Source of the DNA: Hydrurus foetidus
Taxonomy: Eukaryota
Length of the DNA: 44,568 nucleotides
NCBI GenBank assembly: GCA_900617105.1
Contig: UYFQ01000513.1
Coordinates: 1 to 44,568 of the forward strand
Reading direction: 5' to 3'
Shown: positions 26,301-38,300 of the stretch, one piece after another
Layout: each line of letters starts with the position of its first letter
How positions within the stretch are numbered: the stretch's first letter is position 1
Made by a program: the position numbers and the translations under genes
The notes under the pieces: generated by a model
Databases searched by the model: none
Told to the model about the DNA's origin: nothing
The model's input: the letters and a program-made list of their open reading frames with translations, nothing else

Positions 26301-29300
26301 CAGATGTAGGCTGGGCTGTAGGTGACGACGTAGGTGCCATCGATGGGGCACAGCTTGGTGACGCCGAAGGCGACTCAGACGGTGACCACGATGGCTCCAT
26401 GCTAGGCACGTATGTAGGCGATGTCGAAGGCACAGATGTAGGCTGGGCTGTAGGTGACGACGTAGGTGCCATCGATGGGGCACAGCTTGGTGACGCCGAA
26501 GGCGACTCAGACGGTGACCACGATGGCTCCATGCTAGGCACGTATGTAGGCGATGTCGAAGGCACAGATGTAGGCTGGGCTGTAGGTGACGACGTAGGTG
26601 CCATCGATGGGGCACAGCTTGGTGACGCCGAAGGCGACTCAGACGGTGACCACGATGGCTCCATGCTAGGCACGTATGTAGGCGATGTCGAAGGCACAGA
26701 TGTAGGCTGGGCTGTAGGTGACGACGTAGGTGCCATCGATGGGGCACAGCTTGGTGACGCCGAAGGCGACTCAGACGGTGACCACGATGGCTCCATGCTA
26801 GGCACGTATGTAGGCGATGTCGAAGGCACAGATGTAGGCTGGGCTGTAGGTGACGACGTAGGTGCCATCGATGGGGCACAGCTTGGTGACGCCGAAGGCG
26901 ACTCAGACGGTGACCACGATGGCTCCATGCTAGGCACGTATGTAGGCGATGTCGAAGGCACAGATGTAGGCTGGGCTGTAGGTGACGACGTAGGTGCCAT
27001 CGATGGGGCACAGCTTGGTGACGCCGAAGGCGACTCAGACGGTGACCACGATGGCTCCATGCTAGGCACGTATGTAGGCGATGTCGAAGGCACAGATGTA
27101 GGCTGGGCTGTAGGTGACGACGTAGGTGCCATCGATGGGGCACAGCTTGGTGACGCCGAAGGCGACTCAGACGGTGACCACGATGGCTCCATGCTAGGCA
27201 CGTATGTAGGCGATGTCGAAGGCACAGATGTAGGCTGGGCTGTAGGTGACGACGTAGGTGCCATCGATGGGGCACAGCTTGGTGACGCCGAAGGCGACTC
27301 AGACGGTGACCACGATGGCTCCATGCTAGGCACGTATGTAGGCGATGTCGAAGGCACAGATGTAGGCTGGGCTGTAGGTGACGACGTAGGTGCCATCGAT
27401 GGGGCACAGCTTGGTGACGCCGAAGGCGACTCAGACGGTGACCACGATGGCTCCATGCTAGGCACGTATGTAGGCGATGTCGAAGGCACAGATGTAGGCT
27501 GGGCTGTAGGTGACGACGTAGGTGCCATCGATGGGGCACAGCTTGGTGACGCCGAAGGCGACTCAGACGGTGACCACGATGGCTCCATGCTAGGCACGTA
27601 TGTAGGCGATGTCGAAGGCACAGATGTAGGCTGGGCTGTAGGTGACGACGTAGGTGCCATCGATGGGGCACAGCTTGGTGACGCCGAAGGCGACTCAGAC
27701 GGTGACCACGATGGCTCCATGCTAGGCACGTATGTAGGCGATGTCGAAGGCACAGATGTAGGCTGGGCTGTAGGTGACGACGTAGGTGCCATCGATGGGG
27801 CACAGCTTGGTGACGCCGAAGGCGACTCAGACGGTGACCACGATGGCTCCATGCTAGGCACGTATGTAGGCGATGTCGAAGGCACAGATGTAGGCTGGGC
27901 TGTAGGTGACGACGTAGGTGCCATCGATGGGGCACAGCTTGGTGACGCCGAAGGCGACTCAGACGGTGACCACGATGGCTCCATGCTAGGCACGTATGTA
28001 GGCGATGTCGAAGGCACAGATGTAGGCTGGGCTGTAGGTGACGACGTAGGTGCCATCGATGGGGCACAGCTTGGTGACGCCGAAGGCGACTCAGACGGTG
28101 ACCACGATGGCTCCATGCTAGGCACGTATGTAGGCGATGTCGAAGGCACAGATGTAGGCTGGGCTGTAGGTGACGACGTAGGTGCCATCGATGGGGCACA
28201 GCTTGGTGACGCCGAAGGCGACTCAGACGGTGACCACGATGGCTCCATGCTAGGCACGTATGTAGGCGATGTCGAAGGCACAGATGTAGGCTGGGCTGTA
28301 GGTGACGACGTAGGTGCCATCGATGGGGCACAGCTTGGTGACGCCGAAGGCGACTCAGACGGTGACCACGATGGCTCCATGCTAGGCACGTATGTAGGCG
28401 ATGTCGAAGGCACAGATGTAGGCTGGGCTGTAGGTGACGACGTAGGTGCCATCGATGGGGCACAGCTTGGTGACGCCGAAGGCGACTCAGACGGTGACCA
28501 CGATGGCTCCATGCTAGGCACGTATGTAGGCGATGTCGAAGGCACAGATGTAGGCTGGGCTGTAGGTGACGACGTAGGTGCCATCGATGGGGCACAGCTT
28601 GGTGACGCCGAAGGCGACTCAGACGGTGACCACGATGGCTCCATGCTAGGCACGTATGTAGGCGATGTCGAAGGCACAGATGTAGGCTGGGCTGTAGGTG
28701 ACGACGTAGGTGCCATCGATGGGGCACAGCTTGGTGACGCCGAAGGCGACTCAGACGGTGACCACGATGGCTCCATGCTAGGCACGTATGTAGGCGATGT
28801 CGAAGGCACAGATGTAGGCTGGGCTGTAGGTGACGACGTAGGTGCCATCGATGGGGCACAGCTTGGTGACGCCGAAGGCGACTCAGACGGTGACCACGAT
28901 GGCTCCATGCTAGGCACGTATGTAGGCGATGTCGAAGGCACAGATGTAGGCTGGGCTGTAGGTGACGACGTAGGTGCCATCGATGGGGCACAGCTTGGTG
29001 ACGCCGAAGGCGACTCAGACGGTGACCACGATGGCTCCATGCTAGGCACGTATGTAGGCGATGTCGAAGGCACAGATGTAGGCTGGGCTGTAGGTGACGA
29101 CGTAGGTGCCATCGATGGGGCACAGCTTGGTGACGCCGAAGGCGACTCAGACGGTGACCACGATGGCTCCATGCTAGGCACGTATGTAGGCGATGTCGAA
29201 GGCACAGATGTAGGCTGGGCTGTAGGTGACGACGTAGGTGCCATCGATGGGGCACAGCTTGGTGACGCCGAAGGCGACTCAGACGGTGACCACGATGGCT

Positions 29301-32300
29301 CCATGCTAGGCACGTATGTAGGCGATGTCGAAGGCACAGATGTAGGCTGGGCTGTAGGTGACGACGTAGGTGCCATCGATGGGGCACAGCTTGGTGACGC
29401 CGAAGGCGACTCAGACGGTGACCACGATGGCTCCATGCTAGGCACGTATGTAGGCGATGTCGAAGGCACAGATGTAGGCTGGGCTGTAGGTGACGACGTA
29501 GGTGCCATCGATGGGGCACAGCTTGGTGACGCCGAAGGCGACTCAGACGGTGACCACGATGGCTCCATGCTAGGCACGTATGTAGGCGATGTCGAAGGCA
29601 CAGATGTAGGCTGGGCTGTAGGTGACGACGTAGGTGCCATCGATGGGGCACAGCTTGGTGACGCCGAAGGCGACTCAGACGGTGACCACGATGGCTCCAT
29701 GCTAGGCACGTATGTAGGCGATGTCGAAGGCACAGATGTAGGCTGGGCTGTAGGTGACGACGTAGGTGCCATCGATGGGGCACAGCTTGGTGACGCCGAA
29801 GGCGACTCAGACGGTGACCACGATGGCTCCATGCTAGGCACGTATGTAGGCGATGTCGAAGGCACAGATGTAGGCTGGGCTGTAGGTGACGACGTAGGTG
29901 CCATCGATGGGGCACAGCTTGGTGACGCCGAAGGCGACTCAGACGGTGACCACGATGGCTCCATGCTAGGCACGTATGTAGGCGATGTCGAAGGCACAGA
30001 TGTAGGCTGGGCTGTAGGTGACGACGTAGGTGCCATCGATGGGGCACAGCTTGGTGACGCCGAAGGCGACTCAGACGGTGACCACGATGGCTCCATGCTA
30101 GGCACGTATGTAGGCGATGTCGAAGGCACAGATGTAGGCTGGGCTGTAGGTGACGACGTAGGTGCCATCGATGGGGCACAGCTTGGTGACGCCGAAGGCG
30201 ACTCAGACGGTGACCACGATGGCTCCATGCTAGGCACGTATGTAGGCGATGTCGAAGGCACAGATGTAGGCTGGGCTGTAGGTGACGACGTAGGTGCCAT
30301 CGATGGGGCACAGCTTGGTGACGCCGAAGGCGACTCAGACGGTGACCACGATGGCTCCATGCTAGGCACGTATGTAGGCGATGTCGAAGGCACAGATGTA
30401 GGCTGGGCTGTAGGTGACGACGTAGGTGCCATCGATGGGGCACAGCTTGGTGACGCCGAAGGCGACTCAGACGGTGACCACGATGGCTCCATGCTAGGCA
30501 CGTATGTAGGCGATGTCGAAGGCACAGATGTAGGCTGGGCTGTAGGTGACGACGTAGGTGCCATCGATGGGGCACAGCTTGGTGACGCCGAAGGCGACTC
30601 AGACGGTGACCACGATGGCTCCATGCTAGGCACGTATGTAGGCGATGTCGAAGGCACAGATGTAGGCTGGGCTGTAGGTGACGACGTAGGTGCCATCGAT
30701 GGGGCACAGCTTGGTGACGCCGAAGGCGACTCAGACGGTGACCACGATGGCTCCATGCTAGGCACGTATGTAGGCGATGTCGAAGGCACAGATGTAGGCT
30801 GGGCTGTAGGTGACGACGTAGGTGCCATCGATGGGGCACAGCTTGGTGACGCCGAAGGCGACTCAGACGGTGACCACGATGGCTCCATGCTAGGCACGTA
30901 TGTAGGCGATGTCGAAGGCACAGATGTAGGCTGGGCTGTAGGTGACGACGTAGGTGCCATCGATGGGGCACAGCTTGGTGACGCCGAAGGCGACTCAGAC
31001 GGTGACCACGATGGCTCCATGCTAGGCACGTATGTAGGCGATGTCGAAGGCACAGATGTAGGCTGGGCTGTAGGTGACGACGTAGGTGCCATCGATGGGG
31101 CACAGCTTGGTGACGCCGAAGGCGACTCAGACGGTGACCACGATGGCTCCATGCTAGGCACGTATGTAGGCGATGTCGAAGGCACAGATGTAGGCTGGGC
31201 TGTAGGTGACGACGTAGGTGCCATCGATGGGGCACAGCTTGGTGACGCCGAAGGCGACTCAGACGGTGACCACGATGGCTCCATGCTAGGCACGTATGTA
31301 GGCGATGTCGAAGGCACAGATGTAGGCTGGGCTGTAGGTGACGACGTAGGTGCCATCGATGGGGCACAGCTTGGTGACGCCGAAGGCGACTCAGACGGTG
31401 ACCACGATGGCTCCATGCTAGGCACGTATGTAGGCGATGTCGAAGGCACAGATGTAGGCTGGGCTGTAGGTGACGACGTAGGTGCCATCGATGGGGCACA
31501 GCTTGGTGACGCCGAAGGCGACTCAGACGGTGACCACGATGGCTCCATGCTAGGCACGTATGTAGGCGATGTCGAAGGCACAGATGTAGGCTGGGCTGTA
31601 GGTGACGACGTAGGTGCCATCGATGGGGCACAGCTTGGTGACGCCGAAGGCGACTCAGACGGTGACCACGATGGCTCCATGCTAGGCACGTATGTAGGCG
31701 ATGTCGAAGGCACAGATGTAGGCTGGGCTGTAGGTGACGACGTAGGTGCCATCGATGGGGCACAGCTTGGTGACGCCGAAGGCGACTCAGACGGTGACCA
31801 CGATGGCTCCATGCTAGGCACGTATGTAGGCGATGTCGAAGGCACAGATGTAGGCTGGGCTGTAGGTGACGACGTAGGTGCCATCGATGGGGCACAGCTT
31901 GGTGACGCCGAAGGCGACTCAGACGGTGACCACGATGGCTCCATGCTAGGCACGTATGTAGGCGATGTCGAAGGCACAGATGTAGGCTGGGCTGTAGGTG
32001 ACGACGTAGGTGCCATCGATGGGGCACAGCTTGGTGACGCCGAAGGCGACTCAGACGGTGACCACGATGGCTCCATGCTAGGCACGTATGTAGGCGATGT
32101 CGAAGGCACAGATGTAGGCTGGGCTGTAGGTGACGACGTAGGTGCCATCGATGGGGCACAGCTTGGTGACGCCGAAGGCGACTCAGACGGTGACCACGAT
32201 GGCTCCATGCTAGGCACGTATGTAGGCGATGTCGAAGGCACAGATGTAGGCTGGGCTGTAGGTGACGACGTAGGTGCCATCGATGGGGCACAGCTTGGTG

Positions 32301-35300
32301 ACGCCGAAGGCGACTCAGACGGTGACCACGATGGCTCCATGCTAGGCACGTATGTAGGCGATGTCGAAGGCACAGATGTAGGCTGGGCTGTAGGTGACGA
32401 CGTAGGTGCCATCGATGGGGCACAGCTTGGTGACGCCGAAGGCGACTCAGACGGTGACCACGATGGCTCCATGCTAGGCACGTATGTAGGCGATGTCGAA
32501 GGCACAGATGTAGGCTGGGCTGTAGGTGACGACGTAGGTGCCATCGATGGGGCACAGCTTGGTGACGCCGAAGGCGACTCAGACGGTGACCACGATGGCT
32601 CCATGCTAGGCACGTATGTAGGCGATGTCGAAGGCACAGATGTAGGCTGGGCTGTAGGTGACGACGTAGGTGCCATCGATGGGGCACAGCTTGGTGACGC
32701 CGAAGGCGACTCAGACGGTGACCACGATGGCTCCATGCTAGGCACGTATGTAGGCGATGTCGAAGGCACAGATGTAGGCTGGGCTGTAGGTGACGACGTA
32801 GGTGCCATCGATGGGGCACAGCTTGGTGACGCCGAAGGCGACTCAGACGGTGACCACGATGGCTCCATGCTAGGCACGTATGTAGGCGATGTCGAAGGCA
32901 CAGATGTAGGCTGGGCTGTAGGTGACGACGTAGGTGCCATCGATGGGGCACAGCTTGGTGACGCCGAAGGCGACTCAGACGGTGACCACGATGGCTCCAT
33001 GCTAGGCACGTATGTAGGCGATGTCGAAGGCACAGATGTAGGCTGGGCTGTAGGTGACGACGTAGGTGCCATCGATGGGGCACAGCTTGGTGACGCCGAA
33101 GGCGACTCAGACGGTGACCACGATGGCTCCATGCTAGGCACGTATGTAGGCGATGTCGAAGGCACAGATGTAGGCTGGGCTGTAGGTGACGACGTAGGTG
33201 CCATCGATGGGGCACAGCTTGGTGACGCCGAAGGCGACTCAGACGGTGACCACGATGGCTCCATGCTAGGCACGTATGTAGGCGATGTCGAAGGCACAGA
33301 TGTAGGCTGGGCTGTAGGTGACGACGTAGGTGCCATCGATGGGGCACAGCTTGGTGACGCCGAAGGCGACTCAGACGGTGACCACGATGGCTCCATGCTA
33401 GGCACGTATGTAGGCGATGTCGAAGGCACAGATGTAGGCTGGGCTGTAGGTGACGACGTAGGTGCCATCGATGGGGCACAGCTTGGTGACGCCGAAGGCG
33501 ACTCAGACGGTGACCACGATGGCTCCATGCTAGGCACGTATGTAGGCGATGTCGAAGGCACAGATGTAGGCTGGGCTGTAGGTGACGACGTAGGTGCCAT
33601 CGATGGGGCACAGCTTGGTGACGCCGAAGGCGACTCAGACGGTGACCACGATGGCTCCATGCTAGGCACGTATGTAGGCGATGTCGAAGGCACAGATGTA
33701 GGCTGGGCTGTAGGTGACGACGTAGGTGCCATCGATGGGGCACAGCTTGGTGACGCCGAAGGCGACTCAGACGGTGACCACGATGGCTCCATGCTAGGCA
33801 CGTATGTAGGCGATGTCGAAGGCACAGATGTAGGCTGGGCTGTAGGTGACGACGTAGGTGCCATCGATGGGGCACAGCTTGGTGACGCCGAAGGCGACTC
33901 AGACGGTGACCACGATGGCTCCATGCTAGGCACGTATGTAGGCGATGTCGAAGGCACAGATGTAGGCTGGGCTGTAGGTGACGACGTAGGTGCCATCGAT
34001 GGGGCACAGCTTGGTGACGCCGAAGGCGACTCAGACGGTGACCACGATGGCTCCATGCTAGGCACGTATGTAGGCGATGTCGAAGGCACAGATGTAGGCT
34101 GGGCTGTAGGTGACGACGTAGGTGCCATCGATGGGGCACAGCTTGGTGACGCCGAAGGCGACTCAGACGGTGACCACGATGGCTCCATGCTAGGCACGTA
34201 TGTAGGCGATGTCGAAGGCACAGATGTAGGCTGGGCTGTAGGTGACGACGTAGGTGCCATCGATGGGGCACAGCTTGGTGACGCCGAAGGCGACTCAGAC
34301 GGTGACCACGATGGCTCCATGCTAGGCACGTATGTAGGCGATGTCGAAGGCACAGATGTAGGCTGGGCTGTAGGTGACGACGTAGGTGCCATCGATGGGG
34401 CACAGCTTGGTGACGCCGAAGGCGACTCAGACGGTGACCACGATGGCTCCATGCTAGGCACGTATGTAGGCGATGTCGAAGGCACAGATGTAGGCTGGGC
34501 TGTAGGTGACGACGTAGGTGCCATCGATGGGGCACAGCTTGGTGACGCCGAAGGCGACTCAGACGGTGACCACGATGGCTCCATGCTAGGCACGTATGTA
34601 GGCGATGTCGAAGGCACAGATGTAGGCTGGGCTGTAGGTGACGACGTAGGTGCCATCGATGGGGCACAGCTTGGTGACGCCGAAGGCGACTCAGACGGTG
34701 ACCACGATGGCTCCATGCTAGGCACGTATGTAGGCGATGTCGAAGGCACAGATGTAGGCTGGGCTGTAGGTGACGACGTAGGTGCCATCGATGGGGCACA
34801 GCTTGGTGACGCCGAAGGCGACTCAGACGGTGACCACGATGGCTCCATGCTAGGCACGTATGTAGGCGATGTCGAAGGCACAGATGTAGGCTGGGCTGTA
34901 GGTGACGACGTAGGTGCCATCGATGGGGCACAGCTTGGTGACGCCGAAGGCGACTCAGACGGTGACCACGATGGCTCCATGCTAGGCACGTATGTAGGCG
35001 ATGTCGAAGGCACAGATGTAGGCTGGGCTGTAGGTGACGACGTAGGTGCCATCGATGGGGCACAGCTTGGTGACGCCGAAGGCGACTCAGACGGTGACCA
35101 CGATGGCTCCATGCTAGGCACGTATGTAGGCGATGTCGAAGGCACAGATGTAGGCTGGGCTGTAGGTGACGACGTAGGTGCCATCGATGGGGCACAGCTT
35201 GGTGACGCCGAAGGCGACTCAGACGGTGACCACGATGGCTCCATGCTAGGCACGTATGTAGGCGATGTCGAAGGCACAGATGTAGGCTGGGCTGTAGGTG

Positions 35301-38300
35301 ACGACGTAGGTGCCATCGATGGGGCACAGCTTGGTGACGCCGAAGGCGACTCAGACGGTGACCACGATGGCTCCATGCTAGGCACGTATGTAGGCGATGT
35401 CGAAGGCACAGATGTAGGCTGGGCTGTAGGTGACGACGTAGGTGCCATCGATGGGGCACAGCTTGGTGACGCCGAAGGCGACTCAGACGGTGACCACGAT
35501 GGCTCCATGCTAGGCACGTATGTAGGCGATGTCGAAGGCACAGATGTAGGCTGGGCTGTAGGTGACGACGTAGGTGCCATCGATGGGGCACAGCTTGGTG
35601 ACGCCGAAGGCGACTCAGACGGTGACCACGATGGCTCCATGCTAGGCACGTATGTAGGCGATGTCGAAGGCACAGATGTAGGCTGGGCTGTAGGTGACGA
35701 CGTAGGTGCCATCGATGGGGCACAGCTTGGTGACGCCGAAGGCGACTCAGACGGTGACCACGATGGCTCCATGCTAGGCACGTATGTAGGCGATGTCGAA
35801 GGCACAGATGTAGGCTGGGCTGTAGGTGACGACGTAGGTGCCATCGATGGGGCACAGCTTGGTGACGCCGAAGGCGACTCAGACGGTGACCACGATGGCT
35901 CCATGCTAGGCACGTATGTAGGCGATGTCGAAGGCACAGATGTAGGCTGGGCTGTAGGTGACGACGTAGGTGCCATCGATGGGGCACAGCTTGGTGACGC
36001 CGAAGGCGACTCAGACGGTGACCACGATGGCTCCATGCTAGGCACGTATGTAGGCGATGTCGAAGGCACAGATGTAGGCTGGGCTGTAGGTGACGACGTA
36101 GGTGCCATCGATGGGGCACAGCTTGGTGACGCCGAAGGCGACTCAGACGGTGACCACGATGGCTCCATGCTAGGCACGTATGTAGGCGATGTCGAAGGCA
36201 CAGATGTAGGCTGGGCTGTAGGTGACGACGTAGGTGCCATCGATGGGGCACAGCTTGGTGACGCCGAAGGCGACTCAGACGGTGACCACGATGGCTCCAT
36301 GCTAGGCACGTATGTAGGCGATGTCGAAGGCACAGATGTAGGCTGGGCTGTAGGTGACGACGTAGGTGCCATCGATGGGGCACAGCTTGGTGACGCCGAA
36401 GGCGACTCAGACGGTGACCACGATGGCTCCATGCTAGGCACGTATGTAGGCGATGTCGAAGGCACAGATGTAGGCTGGGCTGTAGGTGACGACGTAGGTG
36501 CCATCGATGGGGCACAGCTTGGTGACGCCGAAGGCGACTCAGACGGTGACCACGATGGCTCCATGCTAGGCACGTATGTAGGCGATGTCGAAGGCACAGA
36601 TGTAGGCTGGGCTGTAGGTGACGACGTAGGTGCCATCGATGGGGCACAGCTTGGTGACGCCGAAGGCGACTCAGACGGTGACCACGATGGCTCCATGCTA
36701 GGCACGTATGTAGGCGATGTCGAAGGCACAGATGTAGGCTGGGCTGTAGGTGACGACGTAGGTGCCATCGATGGGGCACAGCTTGGTGACGCCGAAGGCG
36801 ACTCAGACGGTGACCACGATGGCTCCATGCTAGGCACGTATGTAGGCGATGTCGAAGGCACAGATGTAGGCTGGGCTGTAGGTGACGACGTAGGTGCCAT
36901 CGATGGGGCACAGCTTGGTGACGCCGAAGGCGACTCAGACGGTGACCACGATGGCTCCATGCTAGGCACGTATGTAGGCGATGTCGAAGGCACAGATGTA
37001 GGCTGGGCTGTAGGTGACGACGTAGGTGCCATCGATGGGGCACAGCTTGGTGACGCCGAAGGCGACTCAGACGGTGACCACGATGGCTCCATGCTAGGCA
37101 CGTATGTAGGCGATGTCGAAGGCACAGATGTAGGCTGGGCTGTAGGTGACGACGTAGGTGCCATCGATGGGGCACAGCTTGGTGACGCCGAAGGCGACTC
37201 AGACGGTGACCACGATGGCTCCATGCTAGGCACGTATGTAGGCGATGTCGAAGGCACAGATGTAGGCTGGGCTGTAGGTGACGACGTAGGTGCCATCGAT
37301 GGGGCACAGCTTGGTGACGCCGAAGGCGACTCAGACGGTGACCACGATGGCTCCATGCTAGGCACGTATGTAGGCGATGTCGAAGGCACAGATGTAGGCT
37401 GGGCTGTAGGTGACGACGTAGGTGCCATCGATGGGGCACAGCTTGGTGACGCCGAAGGCGACTCAGACGGTGACCACGATGGCTCCATGCTAGGCACGTA
37501 TGTAGGCGATGTCGAAGGCACAGATGTAGGCTGGGCTGTAGGTGACGACGTAGGTGCCATCGATGGGGCACAGCTTGGTGACGCCGAAGGCGACTCAGAC
37601 GGTGACCACGATGGCTCCATGCTAGGCACGTATGTAGGCGATGTCGAAGGCACAGATGTAGGCTGGGCTGTAGGTGACGACGTAGGTGCCATCGATGGGG
37701 CACAGCTTGGTGACGCCGAAGGCGACTCAGACGGTGACCACGATGGCTCCATGCTAGGCACGTATGTAGGCGATGTCGAAGGCACAGATGTAGGCTGGGC
37801 TGTAGGTGACGACGTAGGTGCCATCGATGGGGCACAGCTTGGTGACGCCGAAGGCGACTCAGACGGTGACCACGATGGCTCCATGCTAGGCACGTATGTA
37901 GGCGATGTCGAAGGCACAGATGTAGGCTGGGCTGTAGGTGACGACGTAGGTGCCATCGATGGGGCACAGCTTGGTGACGCCGAAGGCGACTCAGACGGTG
38001 ACCACGATGGCTCCATGCTAGGCACGTATGTAGGCGATGTCGAAGGCACAGATGTAGGCTGGGCTGTAGGTGACGACGTAGGTGCCATCGATGGGGCACA
38101 GCTTGGTGACGCCGAAGGCGACTCAGACGGTGACCACGATGGCTCCATGCTAGGCACGTATGTAGGCGATGTCGAAGGCACAGATGTAGGCTGGGCTGTA
38201 GGTGACGACGTAGGTGCCATCGATGGGGCACAGCTTGGTGACGCCGAAGGCGACTCAGACGGTGACCACGATGGCTCCATGCTAGGCACGTATGTAGGCG